Shown in pieces: positions 1-11,300 of a stretch of 64,000 bases of DNA. Source of the DNA: Podarcis bocagei. Its lineage: Eukaryota. The stretch is taken from NCBI GenBank assembly GCA_964188305.1, contig OZ076885.1. One strand, 5' to 3'. Within the stretch, counting starts at the first letter, position 1; every line of letters begins with the position of its first letter. The notes under the pieces were generated by a model. The model was not told where the DNA came from. It worked only from the letters and a program-made list of their open reading frames with translations, and made no database searches. A program made the translations under genes and the position numbers.

Positions 1-699
1 CAGTTTTTCACCAGCCCTACCCATCTGCCCCACATGGGGTGTCCTACCACCTGTGTGGCAGGTAAAGCCATGGTTATAAGGAACAATTGGAAGCCTTTGA
101 TTGTGCTTCCTCTGAAAGTGGGGCTTTTAAATTTGGTGCTAAAAGCAAGCACTTCTGGGATTGCTTCCACCTGGAAACAGGGTGGAAAACTGAGTGTGAG
201 ATGAAATGGAATGGAATATTGTGAAAAAGGCTGGCTGGCTGGCTGAAACACTGGAATATTGGCTGGCATACTGAACGCTTTGGTATAAGTTCCACTTGTT
301 TATCCTATTTCCAGTATCACATCCAAGCAGCACTGAGTTTGGTGCGATAAGCATGCACCCAAAGCTGCCTTAAAATGACTTGCACGTGTGTTGTATATTG
401 GCAGCGTTAACTAAGCTATATTGTGTCTGAGGATTCTTGCAGGGAAGCCAGTATATGCACACAGCCTTTTGATTTTGAAAGCACACTTTAGTCTGTGGTT
501 TATACATCTGCAGCAGATGGTTCTGCTTTTAAATATATATACATATTAAACATATACCAGACTGCCTTTAAAAATAAAATAAAATTAGAAGGTCACATCT
601 GTTTATTTTGAAAGAAAATGCTAGCTCATTTTATCAAGAGTTCTTTCCTTGAAAAGCCCAAGCTGCGAGTGAAAGATGCAAGACAGACAGCCTAGTACA

Positions 700-980
700 G
701 CAAAACATTGCTTTCCGCCCCCTCAAAAGGAAGCTGGTAATTCCTAGACTGATTGTGAGCCAACTCATGCCATATTCGATGTGTGTAACATATTGCAGTG
801 TACATAACCCCTCCTTTACTACGCCGCACTGGCTGGGATACCTGCTGTTCTCAAAAACGTCACGCGGATTCTGTTATAAAGTCCACCACAATAGATCGCC
901 GGGGCATTTGTTTCCATATAGACGCTTGGCAGCAGCCTGGGAGAGAAAGAAAGGCACGCAAGAGGAGACAGATCGGAAAG
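700..980 (+). promoter_or_regulatory. probable NRIP3 promoter/5' UTR
   Basis: GC box ttccgcccc near 712, CRE half-site CGTCA 858..862, local CpG enrichment upstream of the ATG. Confidence 0.45.
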
Positions 981-1148
981 ATGTTTTACTCAGGGCTCCT
1001 AACAGACAGAAAGGATGTGGACCTGAGGGAAGCTGCATCTCTCCGACAACAGAGGAGAATGAAGCAGGCAGTGCAGTTTAACCACAAGGACTCGGCTGAC
1101 CTGCTACCATTAGATGGGCTGAAAAAGCTGGGGACTTCGAAAGACACC
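981..1148 (+). CDS. NRIP3: NRIP3 coding exon 1 (MFYSGLLTDRKDVDLREAASLRQQRRMKQAVQF...GTSKDT)
   Basis: ATG at 981; peptide matches the recalled vertebrate NRIP3 N-terminus; donor acc|gtaag at 1149, phase 0. Confidence 0.95.
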
Positions 1149-3067
1149 GTAAGATGCTGTTTGTGTGTGTATATGTGTGTGTGTAAAAATCTATATCGAG
1201 AAAACATAAGATTAAAAGGATGGATTTAAAACATTTTAGTCTGTTGATTCTAGTAGTGTTTTAAAAATAATGATCTCTGTTGCCTTTGGAAGCCATAGAA
1301 AATTAGCATTTTAATTAAGCTGTTGGGGATGCAGAGGGAGGATAAAGACTGAGGAAATGGTGGGGGGAAGAGCTTTACATGAGATATGTTTTCTGTTTTT
1401 GTTATCAAAAATAGTTTATATTTGGCGGTGCAGCTACGTAATTCTGAACTCTGGACTTTATGGTCTTATGGGGGGCTTTTCAGATGGAAATGTATAATTA
1501 AAACACATCCTTCAAAATGTGGTAATAAGCCACCCCAGCTCATTCTCTTGAGCAGGACCCTGGACTTCTATCCCAAAGTCCTGTCCCTGACATAACGTTT
1601 ATATAGCCATGCTTGCAAGTGCAATCAAGCATCCTTTGCATTGTGATTTAAAAAAGAAAAGAAAAGATGGCCTTATTCAGCCATATTGATATATAGTCAA
1701 TTCAATGTATTCTGTACAAATGTTAGATATGTGAATTGGTCAGTTGGTGAGTTGATCAGATTAGGCGTAGTTTTGTAATAAGAAAACTGGAGATCAAACA
1801 CAGGTGATGACTTCCTGAGTTTGTACTTTAACTTCTCTTTATTAAGGTAAATTCCAGTCCTGCTACTTCAACATGGTTCCAGTTGATTTCAGTGAAACTT
1901 CCTTCCAGGGAACTGTGTTCAGAACTGCAGCTTTGGGGCCTTATTGCTGCATTGCCTGTCTTGTCTTTTGCAGATAGCAGATTCAGAATGGTACTAAGCA
2001 GTAAAAGCAGTGTTGGGGAGAGGGTTTTTAAAATTATTCCCTTAGCTTCATGACCTTGATAGAATATTTTTTGGGGGGTGGGGGTGGGGGAGGAGTACTG
2101 TGGCTGCGTTCCTGATGATGTTCATTTGTTTGGCCCTCAGTCAAGTCTATTGTCTCCCACATAAGGGGAAGCTATATTCCTTTGAGTTCTACAACATACA
2201 TCTGCAAAGCTTTCTAGCTTTTGAAAATAGAAGCATACATCAGAGACACAAAACAGGATGAAAATCTATTTGAGCAGGAAGTTGTGTCCATTCTGATTTT
2301 TATCCCCCCCACCCCGAGTTCTATATGTTGTCTACTCACAACATTTGACGATAAGATGAATATAGTGAATCTTTTTAAAAAACAAAAAACTTTAACCTTG
2401 TATAGTTTTTATGTCACCAGAATTTAGGATTAGATGTGTAACAGTGAAAATGGAAAGTGGCGGTGTTTTGCTTAATATATAGGAGGTGTTTCTAAAAACC
2501 ATATCAGTCTTTAGCCTCAGAACAAGTACTGGCCAAAACTATGAATTCTGCACCAATTTAAAACTCTGGGAATTCGCACTCCAGTCCAACCTTCACAATG
2601 TATAGTCTGACCACCACAGAGGAGAAAATTGCACCCCATATACTGTCAGTCCATTCCTCAAATCATTTGGGGCAAATACTGCATCAAGGATATGCCATTC
2701 CTCCCAAGTTGGACCAGTAGCCATTTGACACAACCCCATTGAAATTAAGTCTTACAATGCACTTGCTAGAGCCCTACACATCAAATCACCCTGTAGTAAT
2801 CACAATATACTCAGAGGTGAACAACAGTGTTTGAAATATATAACAAGTAAAGGGAGAGGGATGGGGCATTTAGTGCTATACCGTATCTATGGCTTTGCAT
2901 AAAACTCCCTGTACAAAGATTACAAATTAGTGGTGTAAGGACTTCTTTAGCATTTTCTAGAGCAGGGGTGGTAAACCAATGGCCTGTAGCTGTATCTAGC
3001 ATCCAGAAGACATTTTTGTGCCCCCTCCAGAAATCCCTTCCCAAATTTTGGTGGTTGAAGATCACCG

Positions 3068-3960
3068 AATCATAGAATTGTAGAGTTGAAAGGGACCCTA
3101 AGGATCATGTAGTCCCAGCCCCTGAAATGCAGGAATCTCAACTAAAGCACCCAACAGATGGGCATCCAACCTCTGCTTAAAACCTCCAGTGAAGGAGAGT
3201 CCACCACCTTCCAAGGGAGTCCATACCACTGTTGAACAGCTCTTACTGTCAGAAAGTTCTTCCTGATGTTTAGTCAGAATCTCCTACCTTGTAACATGAA
3301 TCTGTTGGTCCGGGTCCTGCCCTCCAGAGCAAGAGAAAACATTTGGCAGCCCTTTAGATATTTGAAGATGGCTATCCTATCTCCTGTGGGTTAAATCACA
3401 GAGCCTAGGACTTGCCGATCAGAAGGTCGGTGGTTTGAATCCCTGCAACAGAGTGAGCTCCCGTTGCTCGGTCCCTGCTCCTGTCAACCTAGCAGTTCGA
3501 AAGCACGTCAAAGGGCAAGTAGATAAATAGGTACCGCTCCAGTGGGAAGGTAAATTGCATTTCCGTGCGCTGCTCTGGTTCACCAGAAGCGGCTTAGTCA
3601 TGCTGGCCACGACGCAGAAGCTGTACACCAGCTCCCTCGGCCAATAAAGCGAGATGAGCGCCGCAACCCCAGAGTCGGTCACAACTGGACCTAATGGTCA
3701 GGGGTCCCTTTACCTTTACTTTATCCTATCTCCTCTTAGTCTCTTTTTTCCAGCCTAAGCATACCCAGCTCCCTTAACCACTCCTCATAACTGTTCCTTG
3801 ATAATATTGGTCGCCATCCTCTGCACATGTTCCAGCTTGTCAATATCTTTTTAAAATTGTTTTGCCCAGAAATAAACATAGTATGCCAGATGCGGTCTGA
3901 CCAAGGCAGAATAGAGCAGTACTTTTACTTCTCTTGATTAAGACACTATACTTCTGTTGA
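3068..3960 (-). mobile_element. CR1 LINE 3' fragment, split by a SINE insertion
   Basis: reverse complement of the CR1 (ATTCTATG)n tail at ~3068 and ORF2 C-terminal sequence. Confidence 0.85.
3386..3721 (+). mobile_element. Sauria SINE, slightly 5'-truncated, inserted in CR1
   Basis: tRNA-like head, ...ggggtccctttacctttac tail; 13-bp TSD tatcctatctcct at 3373..3385 and 3722..3734. Confidence 0.92.
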
Positions 3961-4616
3961 CCTGGAATACAATATTTCTTGAACTGATGGTTGTATTGTG
4001 CAAGTCCTAAAAATGTGTTCATTGTGTTTTTACTCCATGGGTCACCAAACAATTCCTCCAAATTTCTTTATAGAGGGCCCTTCTGCAGTGCTTTACAATC
4101 TTTGTGAGCAGCACTTCCTGTACACTGATGGCTTCCAAACAGAGGTGGCTTCTCACCGTCATTTTCAAGAGCAGCTGAAGTTATGAAACTATAGAAAGCA
4201 CAGAGTGCTTCACCTGTTTAGTTGTGAGAGTTCAGAGCCAGAAGGCAGAGAGACAGGGTACAAACTAGAGAGCATGTGGCAGTTTAAAAGGGGAGGAATG
4301 CTTATTGCTCCATGAATTTAATAAGGAAGAATAAATGAGCTTAAATAATTTTATATTTAATAGAGCCCACTTTTACACTTTAGCCACATCCACTTGCTTT
4401 GTCCATGCCAACATTTACACTTGCCCACTTTGATAAAAAGTACCCAGAAGCTTAGCTATGGGTCAATGTAGTTCTTGTCCTGAAAAGTGTTAGCCACCTA
4501 TGCTTTAGAAATTAAGTGTTAACTTTCCTAAAAATGGAAGTCAAACACCTGATAACCATCCTCCTGTTTAACGAACATCATTTCGTTTGAAAATGCCCTC
4601 CTCCCTCCTCTCCAAC

Positions 4617-4798
4617 CACACACACACACACACACATACACACACGTATTGAGTGACTTACTGACATCTACTGAATGAATAGATCAGGGTTTGATGACAC
4701 AGTGAATCACAACAATAAATTTTGCATGGTTTGTGATGTCACCCCAAGGCTTCAGGTTACACTCAAGTGGCCACAGAGGCCTGCATCAAATATTTGTT

Positions 4799-4832
<34 letters not shown>
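4617..4832. repeat. (CA)n 4617..4645 and (GA)n 4801..4832 microsatellites upstream of the CFAP77-like ORF
   Basis: direct reading. Confidence 0.95.
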
Positions 4833-4834
<2 letters not shown>

Positions 4835-4867
4835 ATGAAGTGTTTGATTACTACTTATTGATCAGCA

Positions 4868-5695
4868 ATGGAATCATTCGTAAGAAGGTACCTTGATAAG
4901 CAGAAGAGGAGGGCCAGCGTTAGTGACATTTGCCCACCCCCACTGCTACCACTGACCAGGGATGATATCAAGCCAGGGACAGAAAATGACAGGCTTGGAC
5001 TGGTGAGAGACACCATGTTTCAGAACCACCTCATTCTAAAACCAGAGCTAGGAAGGACCCTCAGAAGGTGTGCAAAGATTCCTGGTTCAGATTTTGTGTA
5101 TGGATTAACTCTACGCGGGACCGACGGAGGAATGCCTGAAGCAATAGGGAACTGGCGGGTAATGACACCCACTGTCACCAAAAAGAAGGAGAAGCCAAAG
5201 GACTACATAGTCATGAACTATAGAGGAATAAAAGCTGGTCTTTTCACAGCAAAGGAACACTACCTGTATCGCCAACACCATGATGTGCGCCGCAAAGGAG
5301 CTGATGGGGATAGGTTCCCAAGGGATCCACCTCGTCTTCCCGATGCCATGACCTATGGGAGGCCCTATCGTCCTTCCACCCCCTTCATAGATGTCTTTCA
5401 ACATAAGTTTGGGGACCAATGGGTGGAGGAGAACCGAAAAAACTGTGTATATGTTAAAGAAAACAAGCATAAGAAAAGGCGAAAGATATATGATACACGG
5501 GCTGTCATGCTGAGGAAATATCAAATGCCAGTAAAGAAAGATCCTCTGTGGATCATGCCACAATTTCGGAAAATTGCTCCCCATCTTAACACCTTTCCAA
5601 GTCTAGAGGATCGAGTGAAGGCTTTCAAAGCCAAGGAAATGGAAGCTGCAGTTCGACATGGCCAGCTAGCTCAGGGCATTTATACACATTTGTAG
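4868..5695 (+). CDS. CFAP77-like: intronless CFAP77 (C9orf171)-like protein, 275 aa; retrogene candidate nested in NRIP3 intron 1
   Basis: uninterrupted ORF colinear end to end with recalled CFAP77 motifs (CPPP..PLT..DI..G.EN.RLG.VRD.MFQN, DGG.PEAIG.W, KAGL.TA.E, RPSTPF.D..QH, LRKY..PVK.D.LW.MP.F, HL.TFP, G.YTH); no introns, whereas the parent gene is multi-exon. Confidence 0.9.
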   Translation: MESFVRRYLDKQKRRASVSDICPPPLLPLTRDDIKPGTENDRLGLVRDTMFQNHLILKPELGRTLRRCAKIPGSDFVYGLTLRGTDGGMPEAIGNWRVMTPTVTKKKEKPKDYIVMNYRGIKAGLFTAKEHYLYRQHHDVRRKGADGDRFPRDPPRLPDAMTYGRPYRPSTPFIDVFQHKFGDQWVEENRKNCVYVKENKHKKRRKIYDTRAVMLRKYQMPVKKDPLWIMPQFRKIAPHLNTFPSLEDRVKAFKAKEMEAAVRHGQLAQGIYTHL

Positions 5696-5807
5696 GATTC
5701 AGCTTTTATCAATATGCAACCTCTTTGTATGTCTCAAAAGTAACACTTGCTATGTTATGTTTAAAAAAAGAAAGGTTGTGATTTGTTCTTGCTACTGACA
5801 ATACAGT

Positions 5808-6148
5808 ATTAAAATGAAGTTTCCAGCAAGAAGTTGCAATTGGTTCTCTTGTAACAGAACATACTCACTGCCAGTGAGAAAGATGGAATACATGGCTGCC
5901 ACTGTGCCACCAAAGAACCACATCACAACCTGTGGAATCTGCATGCTGCCACAATTTAACACAGTGCAATAGCCCACCTGCTACATTCGCAGCGGTTGGC
6001 TTCAGTAAATAAAAGTGTGGCAGTGTTATGCAAAACTGTTAACTATAGAAGAGGTCAGAGAAGGGGCAGAGCAGAGACAGGACTGGGGATAAATTGTTTA
6101 AACATCACAGCACCCTCTATTTTCATGCAAAACTGCATTCTTAATAAA
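5808..6148 (+). terminator. candidate polyA signals for the CFAP77-like gene (ATTAAA 5808, AATAAA 6008 and 6143)
   Basis: hexamers 110-450 nt downstream of the stop codon. Confidence 0.4.
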
Positions 6149-6934
6149 TGGGAGTAACCAGGCATATGATTCTATGATTGCAGCCGACATCCAGCACAGT
6201 CAGGTATATAGCTCTACTAGCACAAAGAAAACCGCTGTAAAGAATTGTAACGGCACACATCTTTGGAATTAGTGTTTCTGACTGATATAAATCCAATATT
6301 GCAATTCTTCAACACAGGTTCTTAATATATAATAATCAATTTATAGGTACACAAATAATGATACTTTTGCCACATATCTATGCCTCCTGATGTAAATTAT
6401 GTCGCCCAGTTTTGTCACAGCATTTATTGCGATTTACTGCATCAGAAGGTTTATTTCCTTTATATAAATGAAGCTGTGGTGTTTGCTTTCTCTCCTCCCA
6501 CCCAGAGCTACCTACTTTCACACATCTCCAAACCACATATAAATAATAATAGGCACATTAAAACAAAAGAGAGAAAACATGTTTAAGGCTAAAGTACATG
6601 TGACATTATAAATGACATTTAAAAAATGCTTACATTTGTTACTTTTTAAAAAGAAAAAGGCAGTTACAGGGCTGCAATCTGAAACATGTTTCCATTCCAG
6701 AATGAGTTCTTAAAAGGCCAATGGCAGCCAGGCAGGCGGGATTTCCAGCAAGAAAGAGGTTTGGGCCCCTGAACTAATAATTCCATGTTAGTGGAACATC
6801 CAGTCGATTGCAGAAACTCACCTGACTTTCCCTGCCATAATATCACTAACCAGACAGACCGCTCCATCTTATCAACATTGGCAGCCTTTCTAGGACAGCA
6901 CTATAATGCTCAGGTCAAATGGGTCTTAGCACAA

Positions 6935-7103
6935 CTGTGATGCAGAGCTCATGCTTTGTATGCAAAAGTTATTGCCCAGGTTCAGTAACTGGCATCTCCT
7001 GTCAAAAACCCTGGAGAATCACCACCAGTCAGTGTTGACAATACTGATCTTGATGAGCCAATTGTCTGGCTCAATATAAGGCAGCTTCACATGTCCCTAT
7101 GTT
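6935..7103 (+). mobile_element. degenerate tRNA-derived SINE with CR1-like tail
   Basis: ...ccaggttca..ctggcatctcc...cagtcagtgttgacaatactg...ataaggcagcttc..atgttc pattern; related pieces at ~15796 and ~33170. Confidence 0.55.
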
Positions 7104-7233
7104 CTCATTGCCAGCAGCCACTGGTAGCAATCTGAAGGGCGGGGGGGGGGGCACCAGAAAAATGTGAAGGGACCATACCCCCTATTTTTTACCTGAACCT
7201 ATAACAATGGCCTACCCTGTTCTCACAGAGACC

Positions 7234-7396
7234 CAGTGGCGTAGCGTGGGTTGTCAGCACCCGGGGCAAGTAATTTGCGCCCCCTAACCTGTGGATTTGC
7301 GCCCCCTAACCCGTGGATTTGCGCCCCCTAATCCTAACCCCCAGATGTTGCGCCCGGTACGGCCGGGCCCCCCTGCACCCCCACGCTACGCCACTG
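7234..7396. mobile_element. hAT-type MITE with internal tandem repeat
   Basis: TIR cagtggcgtagcgtgg / ccacgctacgccactg; 8-bp TSD cagagacc at 7226..7233 and 7397..7404; three copies of atttgcgccccctaa. Confidence 0.88.
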
Positions 7397-7581
7397 CAGA
7401 GACCTAACAGGAGGTACTTGGGAGAAGTTATTGCCTGACGCCTATTCCCTTATCCCCATGTAAGAGAAAAATGAAGCACACCTATCTATCATTCAGCTTG
7501 ATCCCAAGGCAAGGAGCTGCAGCCAAGAATTTGTAGTCTATGCATTCAACAATTCTCGCATGTGGCCTCCCACTTTGGACA

Positions 7582-8380
7582 CATAGAATCATAGAGTTGT
7601 AGACTTGGAAGGGACCCCAAAGGCAATCTGGTCCAATCCCTTGCAATGCAGGAATCACAGCAAAAGAATCCCTAACAGATGGCCCTCTAACTTCTGCTTA
7701 AAATCCTCCAATGAAGGAGAGTCCACCACCTCCCAAGGTAATCCAATCCAGTGTTGAATAGTCCTTACTATTACACCAGATATTTCTTCCTAATGCTTAA
7801 TTGGAATCTCCTTTCTTGTGTTTGAATCCATTGGTTCAGATCCTACCCTCTGGAGCAGCAGAAAACAAGCTTGCTCCATCTTCCATGTGACAGTCCTTCA
7901 GATATTTGAAGATGGCTATCCTATCACCTCTCAGTCTTTTCATCTTCAGGCTAAACAAACACAGCACCCTTGATCAATCCTCATAAAGCTTGGTTTCCAG
8001 ACCCTTTATCATCTTGGTCAGCCTCTTTTGCACACGTTCCAGGTTCTCAATATACTTAAATTGTGATACCCAGAACTGGACATTAGCTACCCCTCCCAGT
8101 TTAGTGTCATCTACAAATTTGATGTCATCCAAGTAATTTATAAAGATGTTGAATGAATACTGGGCCCAGGACACAACCCTGAAGCACACCACTTATCACT
8201 TTTTTCCAGGCTGACAAAAACTGTTGGTGAGCATTCCTCGTGTTTTGTCAGTCAACCAGCTACAAATCCACCTAAAAGTAACTCCTTGAAGCCACATTTT
8301 GCTAGCTTCTCCACAAGAATATCATGGGGGATTTTATCAAAGCCCTCACTAAAATAAAGAAAAATTACATCCAGAGCCTT
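7582..8380 (-). mobile_element. CR1 LINE 3' fragment with internal deletions
   Basis: CR1 tail at ~7582; remnant peptide FNIFINYLDDIKFVDDTKLGG...LERVQKRLTKMIKGLE. Confidence 0.88.
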
Positions 8381-11300
8381 TGTCCATGAAAAACACCTAA
8401 AGGGAATATTGTACAACTAGTGTAAGATTGAAGCTAGTTAACATAGCGCTAAAAATAAAATCCAGGGTTGTAAAGATCATTTGGGAAGGCCTTTTCTGCA
8501 TATAAATTCCATGTTTTATAAATTCTGGCTGTTTGGTAGAGGGATGCTAGCAGAAATATCAAAGTATAATTTAACTAAAAATTTGAGGCAAAGACAGATG
8601 GTCTCACCCTAGTTTTTGCCAGGGAAAAAGATCACTTCCTTGGAAACAACCCACTGATGGACTGTATTTCTTCGCCAGATTATTTTACCCACTTTATTTA
8701 CTGTCCAACCTTCTCCATTCTTATAGTCCGTTCCTGTAGAACATTCAGAATGCATAAACTAATGCATGATATTCCCTTTTTATTTAAAACATCACACATT
8801 TTGATAAATGGTATTGCTGTTTTAGATTTGCTATTTTGTTATTTGTTATCAACATGTTTTATGTGCAACATATGTATACATATATAATCTGGAGATTCAG
8901 ATAATCTGAAGATTCATATAAAGGGAGTTCTAAGCTTTTCCAAAGTGCAAATCTTCCTTTTCAGGAAGCTTCTGTTAGATGATTTTTTACTGCTGCTCTT
9001 ATATCTTTCTGGTTTTCACTGCCCAGTTTCTTCTTGTTTGCATTCTTTTGCTCATATTTTCTAATTGTATTTCCTATAGAGAGAGCTATTTGTGTGTGTT
9101 AGCAGCATTGAACTTTTTGGAAAGATGGGTTATGTCTAGAATAACTAAAAGGTCAAACAAGATAGTGCAGATATGCAAGACAGTATGAAATATTGCTTTA
9201 AATGTTACATTACATTACACATACTAATTTTTAGCAATTACTGCCTGTTCATTATGCTGATTGCTAGTTAACTAAAATATCATGTTACTTGTCTATCATG
9301 ACTCATAATCTAATATATACAGTACATATTGGCTGCTTGCATTTTACTTCCATGGCTTTTTCAGCATTTCCCCCCTGAAGTTTATTTCATTTGCAAGGCT
9401 CCAGCTCTCCACCTATATACTTCTGCTATCTATTTCTAGGTCATGCTAAAGTTAATGGTTGCATGACAAGCTACTCTACTGAATTTCAGTCCTCATACAA
9501 CCTTTAAGGGTCCAGGAACATTGTCCTCTTTTGCATCTTACCAACCTGCACTAAAGTACTGAGGAATAAGTTATATAATTAGGAAAATGCCCATTGTTGT
9601 GAAAAAAATGTATGCATGGGCTTAGGATGGGGAAGAAATATCTGTCACTTTTAGTGCAAACCTACCTAATTCACACTTCCCAAAACAATATGCAAAACTA
9701 GGACAAAGCTTTTCTTTGAAATTCACACTTCTCCGAATGCTGCAATGTAGTTATCCACTCAAAAATATGTCACCAAAAATAGGTGTATTGGGGAAGCCAT
9801 GCATAAAGATGCAAGCATTAGTGAAAATATGCAAAAATGTGTATTTTACCACCTTATGTATCTATGATTCCCCTTCAGGTCCAAAGAACTATAAGCAGAG
9901 CTGTGTAAAAGGTTCTCTGCAAAAGCCACTGGAAATATTTCTGAGATATCTCTTCAAAGGACAATGAGAAGGAGAATAGGAATAGGGGACATATGACTAT
10001 ATCCAAATGTTGGACTTCAACTCCCATCAGCCCCCAGCCAGCATGGCATGGGCCACTCTCTTTCACCAGCTCAGCAGAGGTGGTTGTTTGAAATAGATAG
10101 AGTGCATTCCTATTGTACAACTAGGGAGTAATGTGTTATAGAGAAATATTATTTATAGCTTTGCCCTCTGTCCTTTCATCGTCTAATGTATATTTGCTGA
10201 GTGCTTAGTTTGTTGATGTCTGCAGAAACACAAAAGAATTCCCCAATCTTGCCTTAAGGCGTGTGCAGTCTAGTTCTGTCAAGAGTAACTGCAAGATACC
10301 AGTGGTTCTCACAGAAGTGGATAGCAAAGAAAAAGAAGCTGGTGCTGGGAATGCTTCATGGAATATTTATGTTAGATGCAGACACAAAATGAATCTTGCT
10401 AGATAATATAGCTTGAACCAGGAGGGTCCATGGGAAATTTAGGAATAGCAGAAGAAGAGAGAACCACAGCAGGCACAGCCATCCTATAAACTTATCATAG
10501 TAGCTTAACTGTCATGGTTTCCTCCAAAGAACCTCAAATCTGACAAGGATCCTGAGGGTTCCATTATGGAAATGGTTAGTTACTTCACAGAAATAGAGTT
10601 TTCCTTAACTTGGAGAGAGTATGTATTGTATTCAGGCCTGAGGCTTCAATTGGTGGTTTATGTGAATGTGAGGGCTGCCTTGATTCTGGGGCATATGTTT
10701 GATTCCACTTCCGAATTCTCCTTCCTATTAACATCTTTAAGTGACGTGAGATGTGAGAGAGACTCCAGTGTGCTTTTTAGTAGTATTCCATACAGTGCTG
10801 AGAGAGTAAGTTTGTTTTATTATCACTCTCTGTCGTTATGTTGGCTTACCCTTTAAGTATAATTTACTGCTTTATGATGTAGCGGCTCAAGTTCTTTATG
10901 TGATCGCTTGTGTCATTTCTTTCTCAATTGTTTCCCTTGTGATGTAATAAGCGTGGCATGCTCACACCCACAACCCTACCCCAGGTGTGAATATTCAAAG
11001 GCTTCAAAACAGTGCTATATCACAGATTGCAGAAAGGACAGGGGCATTAAATAGGAATGTGTGTTTTTTATATATAAAAAGTCTGCGTCAAGATATTTAA
11101 ACACTTCTACTTCATGAAGAAAGGACAGAAAGCAGGATAGAGGAAAATAATAAAAAGCTCGTTAAATTTAAAAGAGTACTCTCTATGATTCTCACAATGA
11201 TTATTGATGTGTGTTTTTCAGTGTCAAAAGCAGCCTGGTGAATATTTCCTTGTTCCATCTTGTAATTCACAACACCCCCTTAGTTCATTTTACTTTCAGG

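Noticed and set aside
798-1229. 143-aa ORF as a single-exon gene
   Set aside because: only 981..1148 is NRIP3 exon 1; the rest is UTR and intron read-through
5111-5584. 157-aa minus-strand ORF
   Set aside because: antisense shadow of the CFAP77-like CDS; no recognisable protein features
7268-7345. short repeated units resembling a CRISPR-like or telomeric (cctaac) array
   Set aside because: three near-identical tandem units inside a MITE, no unique spacers, eukaryotic context
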